Translations under genes and position numbers: made by a program
The notes under the pieces: model-generated
Told to the model about the DNA's origin: nothing
Database searches by the model: none
The model's input: only the letters and a program-made list of their open reading frames with translations
Assembly: GCF_963921235.1 (NCBI RefSeq)
Contig: NC_086097.1
Location: 246,018,001-246,082,000, forward strand
Length of the DNA: 64,000 bases
Direction: 5' to 3'
DNA from: Mobula hypostoma
Lineage: Eukaryota
Part shown: piece after piece, positions 49,379-62,385 of the stretch
How positions within the stretch are numbered: the stretch's first letter is position 1
How the letters are laid out: the number at the start of each line of letters is the position of its first letter

Positions 49379-50346
49379 CTCTAACTATTAGACAGTTAGA
49401 CAACATGGCTGCTTTGTTCACCGGCACTAAAATATGTTTTGTTACTTTTTTGTTCTAGTTGTGATTTTCTCTTGTTATAATTTTGTACAATTAATTTTTA
49501 CTTCATGTTTTCTTGTGAATGCTTAATAAGCAGCAGAAATTTGTAAACTTAGTCAGCTCCACCAAAGGCATGTTGTCTCAAAAAGGTGGCATCCATCATT
49601 AAGGACCCCCGTCACCCAGGATATGCCCTCTTCTCATTGTTACTATCAGGGAGAAGGTACAGGAGCCTGAAGGCAACACTCAGTGATTCAGGAACAGCTT
49701 CTCCCCTTGTGCCATCTGATTTCTGAATGGACATTGAACCCATGAACACTACCTCACTACTTTTTAGCACTACATATTTAATTTAACTTTTTAATATATC
49801 TACTTCTTACTGTAATTCAGTTTTTATTATGTGTTACAATGTATTGTTGCTGCAAAACAACACATTTCACGACACATGCTCGTGATATTAAACCCGATTC
49901 TAGTTCTGATGCTGCCGCAAGGAAGTTTCTCATTGCACCCGTGCATACGTGTACTTGTGCATTTGACAATAAGCTTGACCTTTTGCCTTTAAAGACTTTG
50001 AAGATGCAATTTTAATCAGCATGCCAAGGATCTGAGGAGATGCGGTAACGTGCAATGAGAAATGTTTTGTTCATGATCTTGGAGGGAGGCACGGAGGAAA
50101 GAGGGGCCATCAGACAGAATTGCAACTATGCTTGAAACTGACGTAGCTCAGTCTGAAATGGTCTCAGCCAGAAAATCAACTGTTTATTTTCTTTTATAGA
50201 TGTTGCCTGACCTGTTGACCGCCTCCAGATTGTTGTGTGTGTGGCTCAGACTGAAATCAGTGCTTTCCACCTAAACAAATGCAATGATGAAATTTGAGCA
50301 ACAGCTGGCTGTGCTACACTGAGGAACTGCGCTGAAGAATAGTACA

Positions 50347-52267
50347 CAGTGCTGTGCAAAAGTCCTAGGCACATACGTATCGCCAGGGTGCCTAAGATTT
50401 TTGCACAGTACTGTGTTTGTCAACCTGGGGTGGAGAGCGAGTTTGCAAATCTGGCTAGAGCAAAGGATGTTGAGAATGGTGAGGGTGGAGTGCCACAGGA
50501 GGGGTGGGGGACAGGTGGCAGAGAAGGAGTGCCGGGGGGCAGGGATGGTGCGGGTGCAGACACACCCGGCCCTGAGACACCAGGCACCATTTGATTCCAA
50601 ACAATTGGCTTATTGATCGTTACAGAATGCCTCTCTGGTGCTTCCTGCTCCTCACATATGTCATGATTTTTTTTTGTGGCAGCAGTACAGTGCAATACAT
50701 AAAATTACTACAGTACTGTGTAAAAGTCTTAGGCGCCCTAGCTACACAAGACCATAAGACCAAAAAATATAGGAGCAGAAGTAGGCCATTTGGCGCATCG
50801 AGTCTGCTCCACCATTTAATCGTGGGCTGATCCAATTCTTCCAGTCATCCCCACTACCCTGCTTTCAGCCCATTCCCTTTGATGCCCTGGCTAATCAAGA
50901 AACTATCTATCTCTGCCTTAAATACACCCAATGACTTGGCCTGCACAGCTGCTCGTGGCAACAAATTCCAAAGATTTACCACCCTCTGACTAAAGTAATC
51001 TCTCTGCATTTCTGTTCTAAAAGGACATTCTTCAATCCTAAAGTCGTACCCCTTTGTCCTAGAATCTCCTACCATGGGAAATAACTGCCATATCTAATCT
51101 GTTCAGGCCTTTTAACATTTGGAATGTTTCTATGAGATCCCCCCTCATTCTTCTGAACTCCAGGGAATATAGCCCAAGAGCTGCCAGACATCCTTCATAC
51201 AGTAACCCTTTCATTCCTGGAATCATTCTCATGAATCTTCTCTGAACCCTCTCCAATGTCAGTATATCCTTTCTAAAATAAGGAGCCCAAAACTGCACAC
51301 AATACTCCAAGTGTGGTCTCACGAGTGCCTTATAGAGCCTCAACATCACATCCCTGCTCTTATATTCTATACCTCCAGAAATGAATGCCGACATTGCATT
51401 TGCCTTCTTCACAACCGACTCAACCTGGAGGCTAACCTTTAGGGTATCTTGCACAAGGACTCCCAAGTCTCTTTGCATTTCTGCATTTTGAATAATCCCC
51501 ATCTAAATAATAGTCTACCTATTTATTTCTTCCACCAAAGTGCAAAACCATACACTTTCCAACATTGTATTTCATTTGCCACTTCTTTGCCCGTTCCCCT
51601 AAAGTATCTAAGTCTCTCTTTCCTCAACACTACCCGCTTCTCCACCTATCTTTGTATCATCAGCAAATTTAGCCATAAATCCATTAATACCGTAGTCCAA
51701 ATCATTTACATACATTGTAAAAAGCAGCGGTCCCAACACCGACCCCTGTGGAACTCCACAGTGCACCGGCAGCCATCCAGAATTGGATCCCTTTATTCCC
51801 ACTCTCCGTTTTCTGCTGATCAGCCAATGCTCCACCCACACTAGTAACTTCCCTGTAAGTCCATGGGCTCTTATCTTGCTAAACAGCCTCATATGTGGCA
51901 CCTTGTCAAAGGCCTTCTGAAAATCCAAGTACACCACGTCTACTAAATCTCCTTTGTCTACACTGCTTGTAATTTCCTCAAAGAACTGCAGTGGGTTTGT
52001 CAGACAGGATTTTCCTTTCAGGAAACCATGCTGGCTTTGGCCTATGTGCCTCCAGGTACTCAATAATCTCATCCCTAACCATCAATTCCAACAACTTCCC
52101 AACCACTGATGTCAGGCTAACAGGTCTATAGTTTCCTTTCTGCGGCCTCCCACCCTTCTTAAATAGTGGAGTAACATTTGCAATTTTCCAGTCATTCGGT
52201 ACAATGCCAGAATCTATCGATTCCTGGAAGATCACCATTATGTGCGTAAGACTTTTGCACAGTACTG
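50347..52267. mobile_element. Composite Tc1-type MITE with four TIR copies; CR1 inserted in the right-hand unit
   Basis: TIR CAGTACTGTGCAAAAGTCTTAGGCAC at 50347 (+), 50388-50413 (-), 50711 (+) and 52242-52267 (-). Confidence 0.75.
50745..52238 (-). mobile_element. CR1 LINE 3' half
   Basis: ORFs 50854-51075, 51059-51502, 51608-52072 (GVPQGSVLGP, KFADDTK) and 51978-52238; very similar to 10105-12066. Confidence 0.92.
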
Positions 52268-52583
52268 CCCGTGATCCATTCTATGAAAAGAGAAACCGAG
52301 AAAAAAAAATGAGCTTATTCACCCATGAACTTTATTTACTTAGAGATACAGTGTGAAACAGGCCCGGCCAGCCCCACGAGCCACACTGCTCAGCAACCCA
52401 GCTACGTAACACTCGTCTAATCACAGGACAATGACCGATTAACCTACTAACTGATCGTCTGGAAAGAAATTGGAGCACCCAGAGGAGACTCATGTGGTCA
52501 TGGGGAGAACATACACACTCTTTACAGACAGATTGGGATTTGAATCCTGACCTTCCAGTCGCTGAAGGTGTATAGTGTTACAG

Positions 52584-53462
52584 TCATAGTCATACTTTAT
52601 TGATCCCCAGGGAAATTGGTTTTCGTTACAGTTGCACCATAAATAATTAAATAGTAATAAAACCATAAATAGTTAAATAGTAATATGTAAATTATGCCAG
52701 GAAATAAGTCCAGGACCAGCCTATTGGCTCAGGGTGTCTGACCCTCCAAGGGAGGAGTTGTAAAGTTTGATGGCCACAGGCAGGAATGACTCCCTATGAC
52801 GCTCTGTGTTGTATCTCGGTGGAATGAGTCTCTGGCTGAATGTACTCCTGTGCCCAACCAGTACATTATGTAGTGGATGGGAGACATTGTCCAAGATGGC
52901 ATGCAACTTGGACAGCATCCTCTTTTCAGACACCACCGTCAGAGAGTCCAATTCCATCCCCACAACATCACTGGCCTTATGAATGAGTTTGTTGATTCTG
53001 TTGGTGTCTGCTACCCTCAGCCTGCTGCCCCAGCACACAACAGCAAACATGATAGCACTGGCCACCATAGACTCGTAGAACATCCTCAGCATCGTCCGAC
53101 AGATGTTAAAGGACCTCAGTCTCCTCAGGAAATAGAGACGGCTCTGACCCTTCTTGTAGACAGCCTCAGTGTTCCTTGGCCAGTCCAGTTTATTGTCAAT
53201 TCGTATGCCCAGGTATTTGTAATCCTCCATCATGTCCACACTGACCCCCTGGATGGAAACAGGGGTCACCGGTACCTTACCTCTCCTCAGGTCTACCACC
53301 AGCTCCTTAGTCTTTTTCACATTAAGCTGCAGATAATTCTGCTCACACCACGTGACAAAGTTTCCTACAGTAGCCCTGTACTCAGCCTCATCTCCCTTGC
53401 TGATGCATCCAACTATGGCAGAGTCATCAGAAAACTTCTGAAGATGACAAGACTCTGTGCAG
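52584..53462 (-). mobile_element. Young Rex1/Babar LINE 3' part
   Basis: Open 199-aa ORF 52721-53320 preceded by QKFSDDSA; (ATGACT)n tail. Confidence 0.9.
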
Positions 53463-54617
53463 TAGTAATTGTTACGCTATTGTGCCAGAAAAATGATGGC
53501 ATCTATAACAAATCGCGTGATAGCAAAATAAATGGACAGCTAATAATATGGATTTTGAAAGTGAGGTCAAGTTCAACTAATCAGTTGTTCTTTAATTTAA
53601 TGGAGCCTTAGGTACTTATAGATGTACTTCTGTGGAATCCTTTGGCAAGTCATTGAGTATATCTAAATTGGATGTTGGTAGTTTCTTGCTGGGTAACGGT
53701 GTCCAAGGTTACAGGGAGAAGGCGGGAGAATGGGGTTGGGAGAGATAATAAATCAGCCATGATGGGATGGCGGAGCAAACTCAGAATCATAATCAGAATA
53801 AGGACAGAAAAGGAAGGGGAGAAATCGGAGTAAGAAGGTGGGGGGGAGGGGAGGAAGAAGTACAAGGTGGCAGGCGATAGGTGAAACTGGGAGAGGGGGA
53901 GGGGATGAAGTAAAGAGATGGGAAGTTGATTGGTGAAAGGGATAAAAGGATTGGAGGAGGGGGAATCTGGTAGGAGAAGATAGAAGACCAGTTAGTAGGT
54001 TAATTGGTCATTGTAAATTGTCTTGTGATTAGACCAGTATTAAATAGGTGGGCTGCTGGTTGGTGCAGGCTCATTGGGTGGAAAGGGCTATTCTTCACTG
54101 TATCTGTAAATAAATAATGTTCCACTTGAAGTGTTAAACTGTGATTATGTCAACTATTTTTTTTCACCATGGAAGTGTTAAATAGCAGAGCAGCTCTTTC
54201 ACACACACCTCTCTTGAGTGTTCACACACAATGATTATCAACAACAAAACTGAGTTCCGTTGTGCTCCATATAAAACCAGAAGTTAATTCAGAGAGCCAC
54301 AGTTCAATCCAGGACAGGCCATGCAGATTTGTTCAGGCAAGGACGGATATTGGTTTAACTTCTTCAGAAATAAAAACACAAGAGACATTGGGCTGGGCAG
54401 ACAGCATATGTGGACAGGGAAATTGGTTCATGAAGACTCTATCGGAACTGGGTCAGTGAGAAAGCTAGTTTCAGCTGCAGAGAAGGTTGCTACATATGTT
54501 GGTAGGGTGCTTACGAAGGCATATGGTGCTTTGGACATCAATAGTCAGGGGATTGTGCTTGAGAATCACAAACTAGTGTTACAGCCATATAAAACCCTAG
54601 TTAAACCACACTTGAAA

Positions 54618-55825
54618 TAAGATCATAAGACATATGAGTAGAATTAGGCCATTTGGCCCATCAAGCCAGCCCTGTCATTCAATCATGGCTGATCTTTTCT
54701 TCACCTCCTCAAACCCATTTCTAGGCCTTCTCCACGTAACCTCTGATGCCGTGTCCAATCAAGAACCTATCAATCTCTGCCTTAAATACACCCAACGACC
54801 TGGCCTCCACAGCTGCCTCTGGTAACAAATTCCACAAATTCACCACCCTCTGGCTAAGAGAGTATGCATTATGATCAGAGATTAAGGGAGCTAGGGCTTT
54901 ACTCTTTGGAGAGAAGGAGGATGAGAGAAGACATGATAGAGGTGTACAAGATAATGAGGGGAATAGATAGAGTGGATAGCCAGCACCTCTTCCCCAGGGC
55001 ACCACTGCTCAATACAAGAGGACATGGCTTTAAGGTAAGGGGTGGGAAGATCAAGGGGGATATTAGAGGAAGGTTTTTTATTCAGAGAGTGGTTGGTGCG
55101 TGGAATGCACTGCCTGAGTCAGTGGTGGAGGCAGATACACTAGTGAAGTTTAAGAGACTACTAGACAGGTATATGGAGGAATTTAAGGTGGGGGCTTATA
55201 TGGGAGGCAGGGTTTGAGGGTTGGCACAACATTGTGGGCCGAAGAACCTGTACTGTGCTGTACTATTCTATGAAATAAAGAAATTTCTCTGCATCTCTGT
55301 TTTAAATAGACGCCCCTCTATCCTGAGGCTGTGTGCTCTTGTCCCATCTTTTCCACATCTACTCTGCCTAGACCTTTCAACATTTGATAGTTTTCAATGA
55401 GATCCCCCCTCATCCTTCTAAATTCTGGTGAGTACAAACCTAGAGCTATCAGACGTTCCTGATATGATAACCCCAGAATCATCCTTGTGAACTGCCTCTG
55501 AACACTCTCCAATGCCAACAAATCTTTTCTTAGATGAGGAGCCCAAAACTGTTCACAATACTCAAGGTGAGGCCTCACCAGTGCCTTATTAAGCCTCAGC
55601 AATACATCCCTGCTCTTGTGTCATGTTCAGTTCTGGTCGGTTCATTATGGGAAGGACATGGAAGATTTTGAGAGGGTGCAGAGGAGATTTACCAGGATGA
55701 TGCTTGGACTGGAGGACATGTCCTATGAGGATAGGTTGAGCGAGTTAGGGCTTTTCTCTTTGGAGTGGAGGAGGATGAGAGGTGACTTGACAGAGGTGTA
55801 CAAGATGATAAGGGGCATAGAGTAG
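54618..55825. mobile_element. Cluster of nested CR1 3' fragments (minus 54618-54860 / 55273-55615; plus 54861-55272; plus 55616-55825)
   Basis: ORFs 54864-55217, 55318-55602 and 55616-55825 are all CR1 ORF2 C-termini. Confidence 0.85.
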
Positions 55826-56374
55826 ATTGAGGTGATAGCCTGCTGTTATAACGTCCAGTTTTGTACTCCGAGCTTTTAGACACATTATAACAATTTTTTT
55901 TAAATAATTGTTATTGTCTATGTATTATAAAGTTTGAAGATCTTAAAGAATAGCTTTACTTATCACATGCACATTGAAGTGTACAGTGAAAAGCATCGTG
56001 TGTGTCAAATCAAATCAGTGAGCATGTGCTGGGGGCAGCCTGCAGCGTCACCAATATAGCACGTCTACAGCTCTAACCCTGTCCCATACGTCTGTGGAAT
56101 GTAGGAGGAAACCAGAGCACCCAGAGGAAACCTACAGAATGTGGTTATGGAGAGAACGTACAAACTCCTTACAGACAGCAGCAGGAATTGAACATCGATT
56201 GGTGATTGTTGGAAAACGTAATACTGTTATGCTATCTGCTATACTAGCATACCATATTGGCTGAAGTGCTTAACTCGCTGAGATTTAAAGGACAGCAAAA
56301 TGCTTTTATAGAGAGCAGTGCCCAGTATTGAAATACTAGGCTTTAGGCACATTACCATAGTCTTGCTATCAAGC

Positions 56375-56590
56375 CCCCGTAGTTACTCCGCTCCGCACCT
56401 TGTGGCGCATCGGGGGGCAACCTTGCCATTTATTTAACATTTCTTGTCTGTTTTTTTACAAAGCTGATTTACTAGCTCGAAGCCCAACCCAGCACAGATG
56501 GAAAGCGTGCGAGGAGCCAACCGGACTCAAACCCAGGACTATTCACCTCGAAAGCCAGTGCTGATGCCACCTCACCACTGGCTGGCCGTC
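56375..56590 (-). mobile_element. tRNA-headed SINE (same family as 6325-6490)
   Basis: Shared TGTGGCGCATCGGG...CAACCTTGCCAT...CAACCCAGCACAGATGGA. Confidence 0.7.
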
Positions 56591-56595
56591 AACTC

Positions 56596-56918
56596 AGAAT
56601 CAGAATCAGGTTTAATATCACCGACGTGACGTGAAATTTGTTAACTTAGCAGCAGCAGTTCAATGCAATACACAATCTAGCAGAGAAAAAAATAATGCTA
56701 ATAAATAGAATAAAAATAATAATAATAATAAACAAGTAAATCAATTAGTATATTGAATAGATTTTTTAAAAATGTGCAAAAACAGGAATACTGTATATTT
56801 AAAAAAAAGTGAGGTAGTGTCTAAAGATTCAATGTCCATTTAGGAATCGGATAGCAGAGGGGAAGAAGCTGTTCCTGAATGGCTGAGTGTGTGCCTTCAG
56901 GCTTCTGTACCTCCTACC
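56596..56918 (-). mobile_element. Rex1/Babar 3' end
   Basis: Near-identical to 48130-48270; (TCTGAT) tail. Confidence 0.8.
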
Positions 56919-57007
56919 AAACTCCCCCAAATTGTGTCATAATTTATGTGAAAATCACCATAATGCATGCTAGTTAATGCGTTATTCTCTGTAAACTTCG
57001 CCGAAGA

Positions 57008-57360
57008 TCATCACCTTGTCGTGATGGGGAGGCTGATGACTTCCTGAAACCCTGAGAGCGATGCCACTTGGAGTTTAGTTCCTGGTAGGGTCACCCATGG
57101 TGGTAAGGTCAAGTGGGAGGTTCCAGACAAGGGCGATCTAATCAAGACCTCAGCGGTGGAGCTGGGAGAGATTGACGACGCGTCACAATGGCAGTGAAGG
57201 CAGGGGAAGGCTGCAGTGTGAAGGGTCCCCAGTCGTCTTACATTCCACGCTGCTGGACCCTGACCCTCTGGACCGTGCAGTGGCTGCCCGTGCATCAGCC
57301 CCCACGTTGAACTAAGACACACACAGGCTTTCTCCACTAAAGGTATCACCCCTTAGGAGG
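57008..57360 (+). mobile_element. RTE 5' UTR-derived non-autonomous repeat
   Basis: CACCTTGTCGTG...GGTAGGGTCACCCATGG...GTTCCAGAC; homologous to 2635-2800. Confidence 0.6.
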
Positions 57361-57890
57361 ACAACATACTGGACTCGAACGATCGCACTACGACAACTAT
57401 GTTCTGTAAAGATAACTTCATGTGTTTATTTGTACTTTATTGCTTTGTTCACTTTTGCATCCAATATCCAGTCTGCTGCTTCATTTAAATAGACATTCCA
57501 AGCATTTCCTTTTCTTCCAACAAATACTTTTCCTCCCTTTCTAAAGCCCACAAGCTTCAGGACCCACACCACCAGGTCCTGGGGCATTTATTACCCCTCA
57601 TCTATCGGGCTCTTGAACCAACTTGGATAACTTCACTCAACTTCACTGAATGGATCCCACAACCTAAGAGCTCACTCCTAAGGACCCTCCAACTCACATT
57701 CTCAATATTTATTGCTTATTTATTTATCTCCCCCTGCCCCCAGCTATTTTTGTATTCGGACAGTTTGTTGTATTCTGCACAGTGATTGTTTCCCCATTGC
57801 GTTGTGTGTGGTTTTTCATTGATTCTATTGTGCTTCTCTCTATTTACTATGAATGCCCACAAGAAAATGAATCTCATACGGTGACATATA

Positions 57891-58405
57891 CAGTACTGTG
57901 CAAAAGTGTTGGGCACACATACATATCGCTAAGGTGCCTAACACGTTTACACTGTACTGTATTTGTTGATGTGGAGCAGAGAGCAAGTTCGTAAATCTGG
58001 CGGGAGCAAAGGTTGTCGGGAATGGCGAGGGTGGAGGGCCGCCGAGGGGTGTGGGACGGGGGCATAGAAAGAGTGGCAGGTACGGGGGGAGGGGTGGCAC
58101 AGGTGCAGACGTGCCCACCCCTGAGACACCCGGCAAGGTCATTTGATTCCAAACAATTGGTTTATTGATCATTACAGAATGTCTCTCTGGTGCTTCCTGC
58201 TCCCTCCCCTTTCCCTTCCCCTTTTCCCAACCATGATTCCCCTCTCCCTGTCCCCTTCCCACTCTCAGTCCACAATGAGACCCATATCAGAATCAGGTCT
58301 ATCATCACTCACATATATTACAAAATTAGTTTTTCTTTTGTGACAGCATTACAGTGCATACTTAATATTATTACAACATTGTGTAAAAGTCTTAGGCAGC
58401 CTATG
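57891..58405. mobile_element. Second copy of the composite Tc1-type MITE, inserted at a TA in a Rex 3' UTR
   Basis: TIR hairpin 57891-57959, same internal sequence as 50414-50710, third TIR at 58374-58399. Confidence 0.75.
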
Positions 58406-59089
58406 TATATACTTCGATAACAACTTTACTTTGAACATTGAAGCCAGGGACAGGCTGGCCAAGATCTCTAGAATTGTTCAATTTTATAGTTTGGGACAGA
58501 CATGCTTGGAGTTATATTTACTATAGAAGTACATAGCTAATAACAAAAACAACTTTGCTAGCAGTGGTTACACTAATGAGTAACAGGTCTACGTAATGTC
58601 ACATCCGGCAGATATCTCCCATCACCACTTCTCCACCCCACAGTGTTCCTGTAAAGAGCTTAAAAAAGCTTTAACTTGTTATTGATTCTAGAGTCTTTTC
58701 AACATGCTTGCACTCAGCTTCTATATTCTCTGACTCACAGAGGATATGTTATGGGTAATGAGTGGGATGACAGTTGACTCAAGTTTGTTTTCCTCACTTA
58801 ATATTAAAGTCATCACTGGCTCATGTGGTTGTCAGCTGTAGCCAAAATAATAAGTCATTGCCTGGAAGCCTGTGAAGGGGACATTGCTGTGTGGATCTGC
58901 CACACCCGCCAAAACAATAACTCATCTACCTTCGGCATGCTTTACAGGTCTTTACCTGCACGCTCTGTCGAAGAAGTCTGTTGTGGTTGCAACACATTTT
59001 AAATACTACAGGAACGTCTGAGAAGGAGTGGGCAATTTGAACTCACTTTGGGAAGTTTCATGCCTTGCTATGCGGGTACCGGAATTTTA

Positions 59090-59380
59090 TTTATTATTAT
59101 TTTATTTGGTTGGGAGACAGTGTGGAAAAGGCCCTTCCAGCCCTTCGAGCCACACCACGCAGTAATCCCCCGATTTAATCCTAGCCAAGTCATGGGAAAG
59201 TTTACAGTGACTAATGAACCTACCAGCCAGTATATCTTTGGACTGTGGGAGGCAAGTAGAGAACGTGGATGACACTGACGCGGTCACCGGGAGAACGCAC
59301 AAACAGACGGCGACAGGAACTGAACCCGTGTCGCGGGCACAGTAAAGTGTTGCTCTGACCACTATGTTACTGTGCTGCCC
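59090..59380 (-). mobile_element. V-SINE
   Basis: Homologous to 37541-37800; further copies at ~52330-52580 and ~62625-62895. Confidence 0.75.
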
Positions 59381-59769
59381 TCGCGGGACGGGTGCGACCT
59401 TTGCGGGTTGCCCCCTTGGACATGTTCGGGGCTTTCACCTCAGGGCTAACAACCCCGACTGGTCAAACACAACTGTCACGGAGGCAGCAGTGAAGAACCC
59501 TTCTACTTCTGTGTGTGACAGTATTCCTGAGTCTCCACCCGGGACTTGCGTGACTGACAGTAAACCGATGAACATGGTCCTGAATACCACCAGAGATGGA
59601 GGACCTTCACTGCTGCCGCAAACGCTCGCGATGAAACGGGCAAAGGAAGAGGATTCCAGTGCACTCTCTCACACCGCTTCTGTTGCCCCCCCACCGCCCC
59701 TCCTACCCCCGGGCGGCTGTAACAGGCAACAGGCTGGTCTGCAGGGCCTGGTTCATGCAATAACTTTAC

Positions 59770-60195
59770 AATAACTTGGACTCACTTTACACCGCACGCT
59801 GTCGGAGCAGTGCTGCCAGGATAATCAAGAACACAACCCACCCAGCCAACACACTTTTCATCCCTCTTCCCTCCCGGAGAAGGCTCAGGAGCTTGAAGAC
59901 TCGTACGGCCAGATTTGGGAACAGCTTCTTTCCAACTGTGATAAGACTGCTGAACAGATCCTGACCCAGATCTGGGCCGTACCTTCCAAATATCCGGACC
60001 TGCCTCTCGGTTTTTTTGCACTACCTTACTTTCCATTTTTCTATTTTCTACTTATGATTTATAATTTAAATTTTTAATATTTACTATCGATTTGTACTCC
60101 AGGGAGCGCAAAGCGCAGTATCAAATATCACTGTGATGATTGCACGTTCTAGTATCAATTGTTTGGCGACAATGAAGTATAAAGTATAAAGTATA
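59770..60195 (+). mobile_element. Rex1/Babar 3' end
   Basis: ORF 59776-59964 THPANTLFIPLPSRRRLRSLKTRTARFGNSFFP; (AAAGTAT)n tail. Confidence 0.85.
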
Positions 60196-60509
60196 ACCCA
60201 AGGGTACGCAGCTCTGCTGCTGTTGGTCTCACTGATAAACCAGGCTTACAGTATCTTGTATTACTGTGAACACAAGAGATTCTGCAGAGGCAGGAAATCT
60301 CGAGCAAAACGCAACATACTGCAGAAACTCAGTAAGTCAGGCAGCACCTACGGAGGGGATTTAACAGCTGATAACTTGGACGAGGCTCTTCCTCCACAGA
60401 TGCTGCTTGGCTTGCTGAGTACTGCTGTCGTTGCATGTCGCGCCAACACACAACAGCAAATTCCAGATACGTGTCAATGCATATGGCAAATGAAGCTGAT
60501 CTATTCCCA

Positions 60510-61855
60510 TCCAACACGTTGGTCCATGGCCTCTCCTACTGCCATAATGAGGTCACTCCAGGAAGGGGGAGCAACACCTCATATTCTGTCTGGGTAGCCT
60601 CCAACCTGACAGCATTAACGTCAATTTCTCCAAGTCTGGTCATTTCTCCACCCCCTCCTCTTCCCTCTTTTTCCATTCCCCACTCGGGCTCACCTCTTAC
60701 CTCTTCTCTTCTCCTCACCTGCCTATCACCTCCCTCTGGTACCCCACCTTCTCCCCTTTCTTCCATAGACCACTCTCTTCTCCTATCAGATCTCTTTTCC
60801 TTCAGCGTTTCATTTACCATTTCCACCTAATACCTCCCAGCTTCTTACTTCATCCTCCCTTCTCCCACCCACCCAGCCATCTTCCCCGTCACCTGACTTC
60901 ATCTATCACCAGTTTGTACTCCTCCCACTCAAAATGGCACCAGCAAACAATGATTCCTCGGACACATCTTCCAGATAGTCAATCATCTCAACTTTTCTAC
61001 ATCTTCTACTTATTCTTTTTATCTTAATTTTGTTTTTGATACTGTTGGAGCCTGTGACTTACAGTCTGTAGCTCGAGTGAGCTAGCGCTCTGCTCTCTCT
61101 GAGGAAACTCCAGGAAGAAATGCAAGCACGAGCTACCACAAGGAGGGGCCATGATTGACTACATATCTCACCGATTAAAGAGTTGATGAAGATTGAAACA
61201 TTGAGGCAAATGTGGAGGAGAGCGAGTGGTTCTCGGAAAGGCCACTGGCTCAAGTCACTTTACTCAGAGGGGCCACTGGTTCAAGTTGCTGCTGTTGGTG
61301 ATGCCACTGCATTGTGCTATTTTCCTCGGAGGGGCCACTGGTTCGAGTCACTTTCCTCAGAGAGGCCGCTGGGTCCTGATGCTCTCAGAGATGATATCAA
61401 AATTCTGAGATTTATGGATTCAACTGTACTTCATATTGTCCTCTTTCAGTACCTATGTTCTGTCATGTCCTTGCCCATTCTTTCATGTTACCGATTGGCG
61501 GACAGAGGTCTTGGGTGATCTGTTAATTTTTGTGCAAGTGAGGGGTAGGGGTTTGAGAGGTTTTGTTTCTTTTTCTTTTCATGCAGTGGGGATTGAGGTC
61601 CTTCTTTCAACTACTTTTATGGTTTTCTGTGTTCTTTGGCTATCTGGAGAAGACAAATCTCAGAGTTGTATTCTGTACACATACTTTGATAATAAACTAA
61701 ATCTTTGAAACTTTGAAATGTCCTGCCTCCGAATGTCTTATCCTGGCTTCTTCCCCTTCCTTTCAAGTCTTGATGAAGGGTCCTGGCCCAAAATATCGAC
61801 TGTTTCTTCCTTCCTCTAGATGCTGCCCGAGTTCCTCCAGCATTTTGTGTGCGCT
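60510..61855 (+). mobile_element. PLE 3' region split by a non-autonomous Rex-tailed element (~60930-61718)
   Basis: VHGLSYCHNE...EQHLIFCLGSLQPDSINVNFS GIY-YIG end; hammerhead remnant at 61765-61802; insert starts AAAATGGCACC, has ~30-bp internal repeats and a (CTTTGAA) tail. Confidence 0.7.
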
Positions 61856-61869
61856 ACCCTTGAAATTGT

Positions 61870-62385
61870 AAGAACTGAAAGTCGATCTTGGCAAGCTATT
61901 AAAGTTTCCTGACTTCATCACATAATCGTCCCCGAGGCCTGACGTGGTCATTCTGTCTGAAACCTCAAAGCGTGGTAGAACTAATAGTTCCTCGGGAAGA
62001 GCAGATTAAGGAGAAGTTTGAGTGTAAGAAAGCCAAGTAACAGGAGCTAGTAGAACAGTGCCAGGGACAGGGGTGGAGGGCACAATGTGAGCCTACAGGG
62101 GTGGGGTGTAGAGGCTTTGCTGGTTGCTTACTCTGCAGAGCTAACTCTCTCCTTGACATGGGGCTGCAAAAAAAAAAGCCTTTAGGATTGTCACAGAGGC
62201 TGCTGAGCTAGTCTCCCAATGGCTATGGTGTGAACTATGGACCAATGCTTCTGGGACATAAGCAGGGGCCTGATCAGCACTGGCTGGGTCGCCTGGGCGA
62301 GAATATCTGATGTTGAAAGACCCGAAACACCCAATGACCTTGGGTTACATCACTGATGATGTGTCCCAGCGCATCCAAGGATCAG
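61870..62385 (+). mobile_element. Hero/NeSL-like non-LTR retrotransposon, restriction-like endonuclease remnant plus 3' UTR
   Basis: VDLGKLLKFPDFIT*SSPRPDVVILSETSK..VELIVPREE..FECKKAK*QEL..C..QGW...GVGCRGFAG (PD-(D/E)xK-type motif set). Confidence 0.75.

Noticed and set aside
52877..53611. 244-aa plus-strand ORF (and 528-884 minus)
   Set aside because: Antisense shadow of the Rex ORF; no independent protein signal.
61235..61375. ~30-bp repeats (GGGCCACTGGTTCAAGTCACTTT) as an array
   Set aside because: Only about four degenerate units inside a non-autonomous retroelement; no regular spacers.
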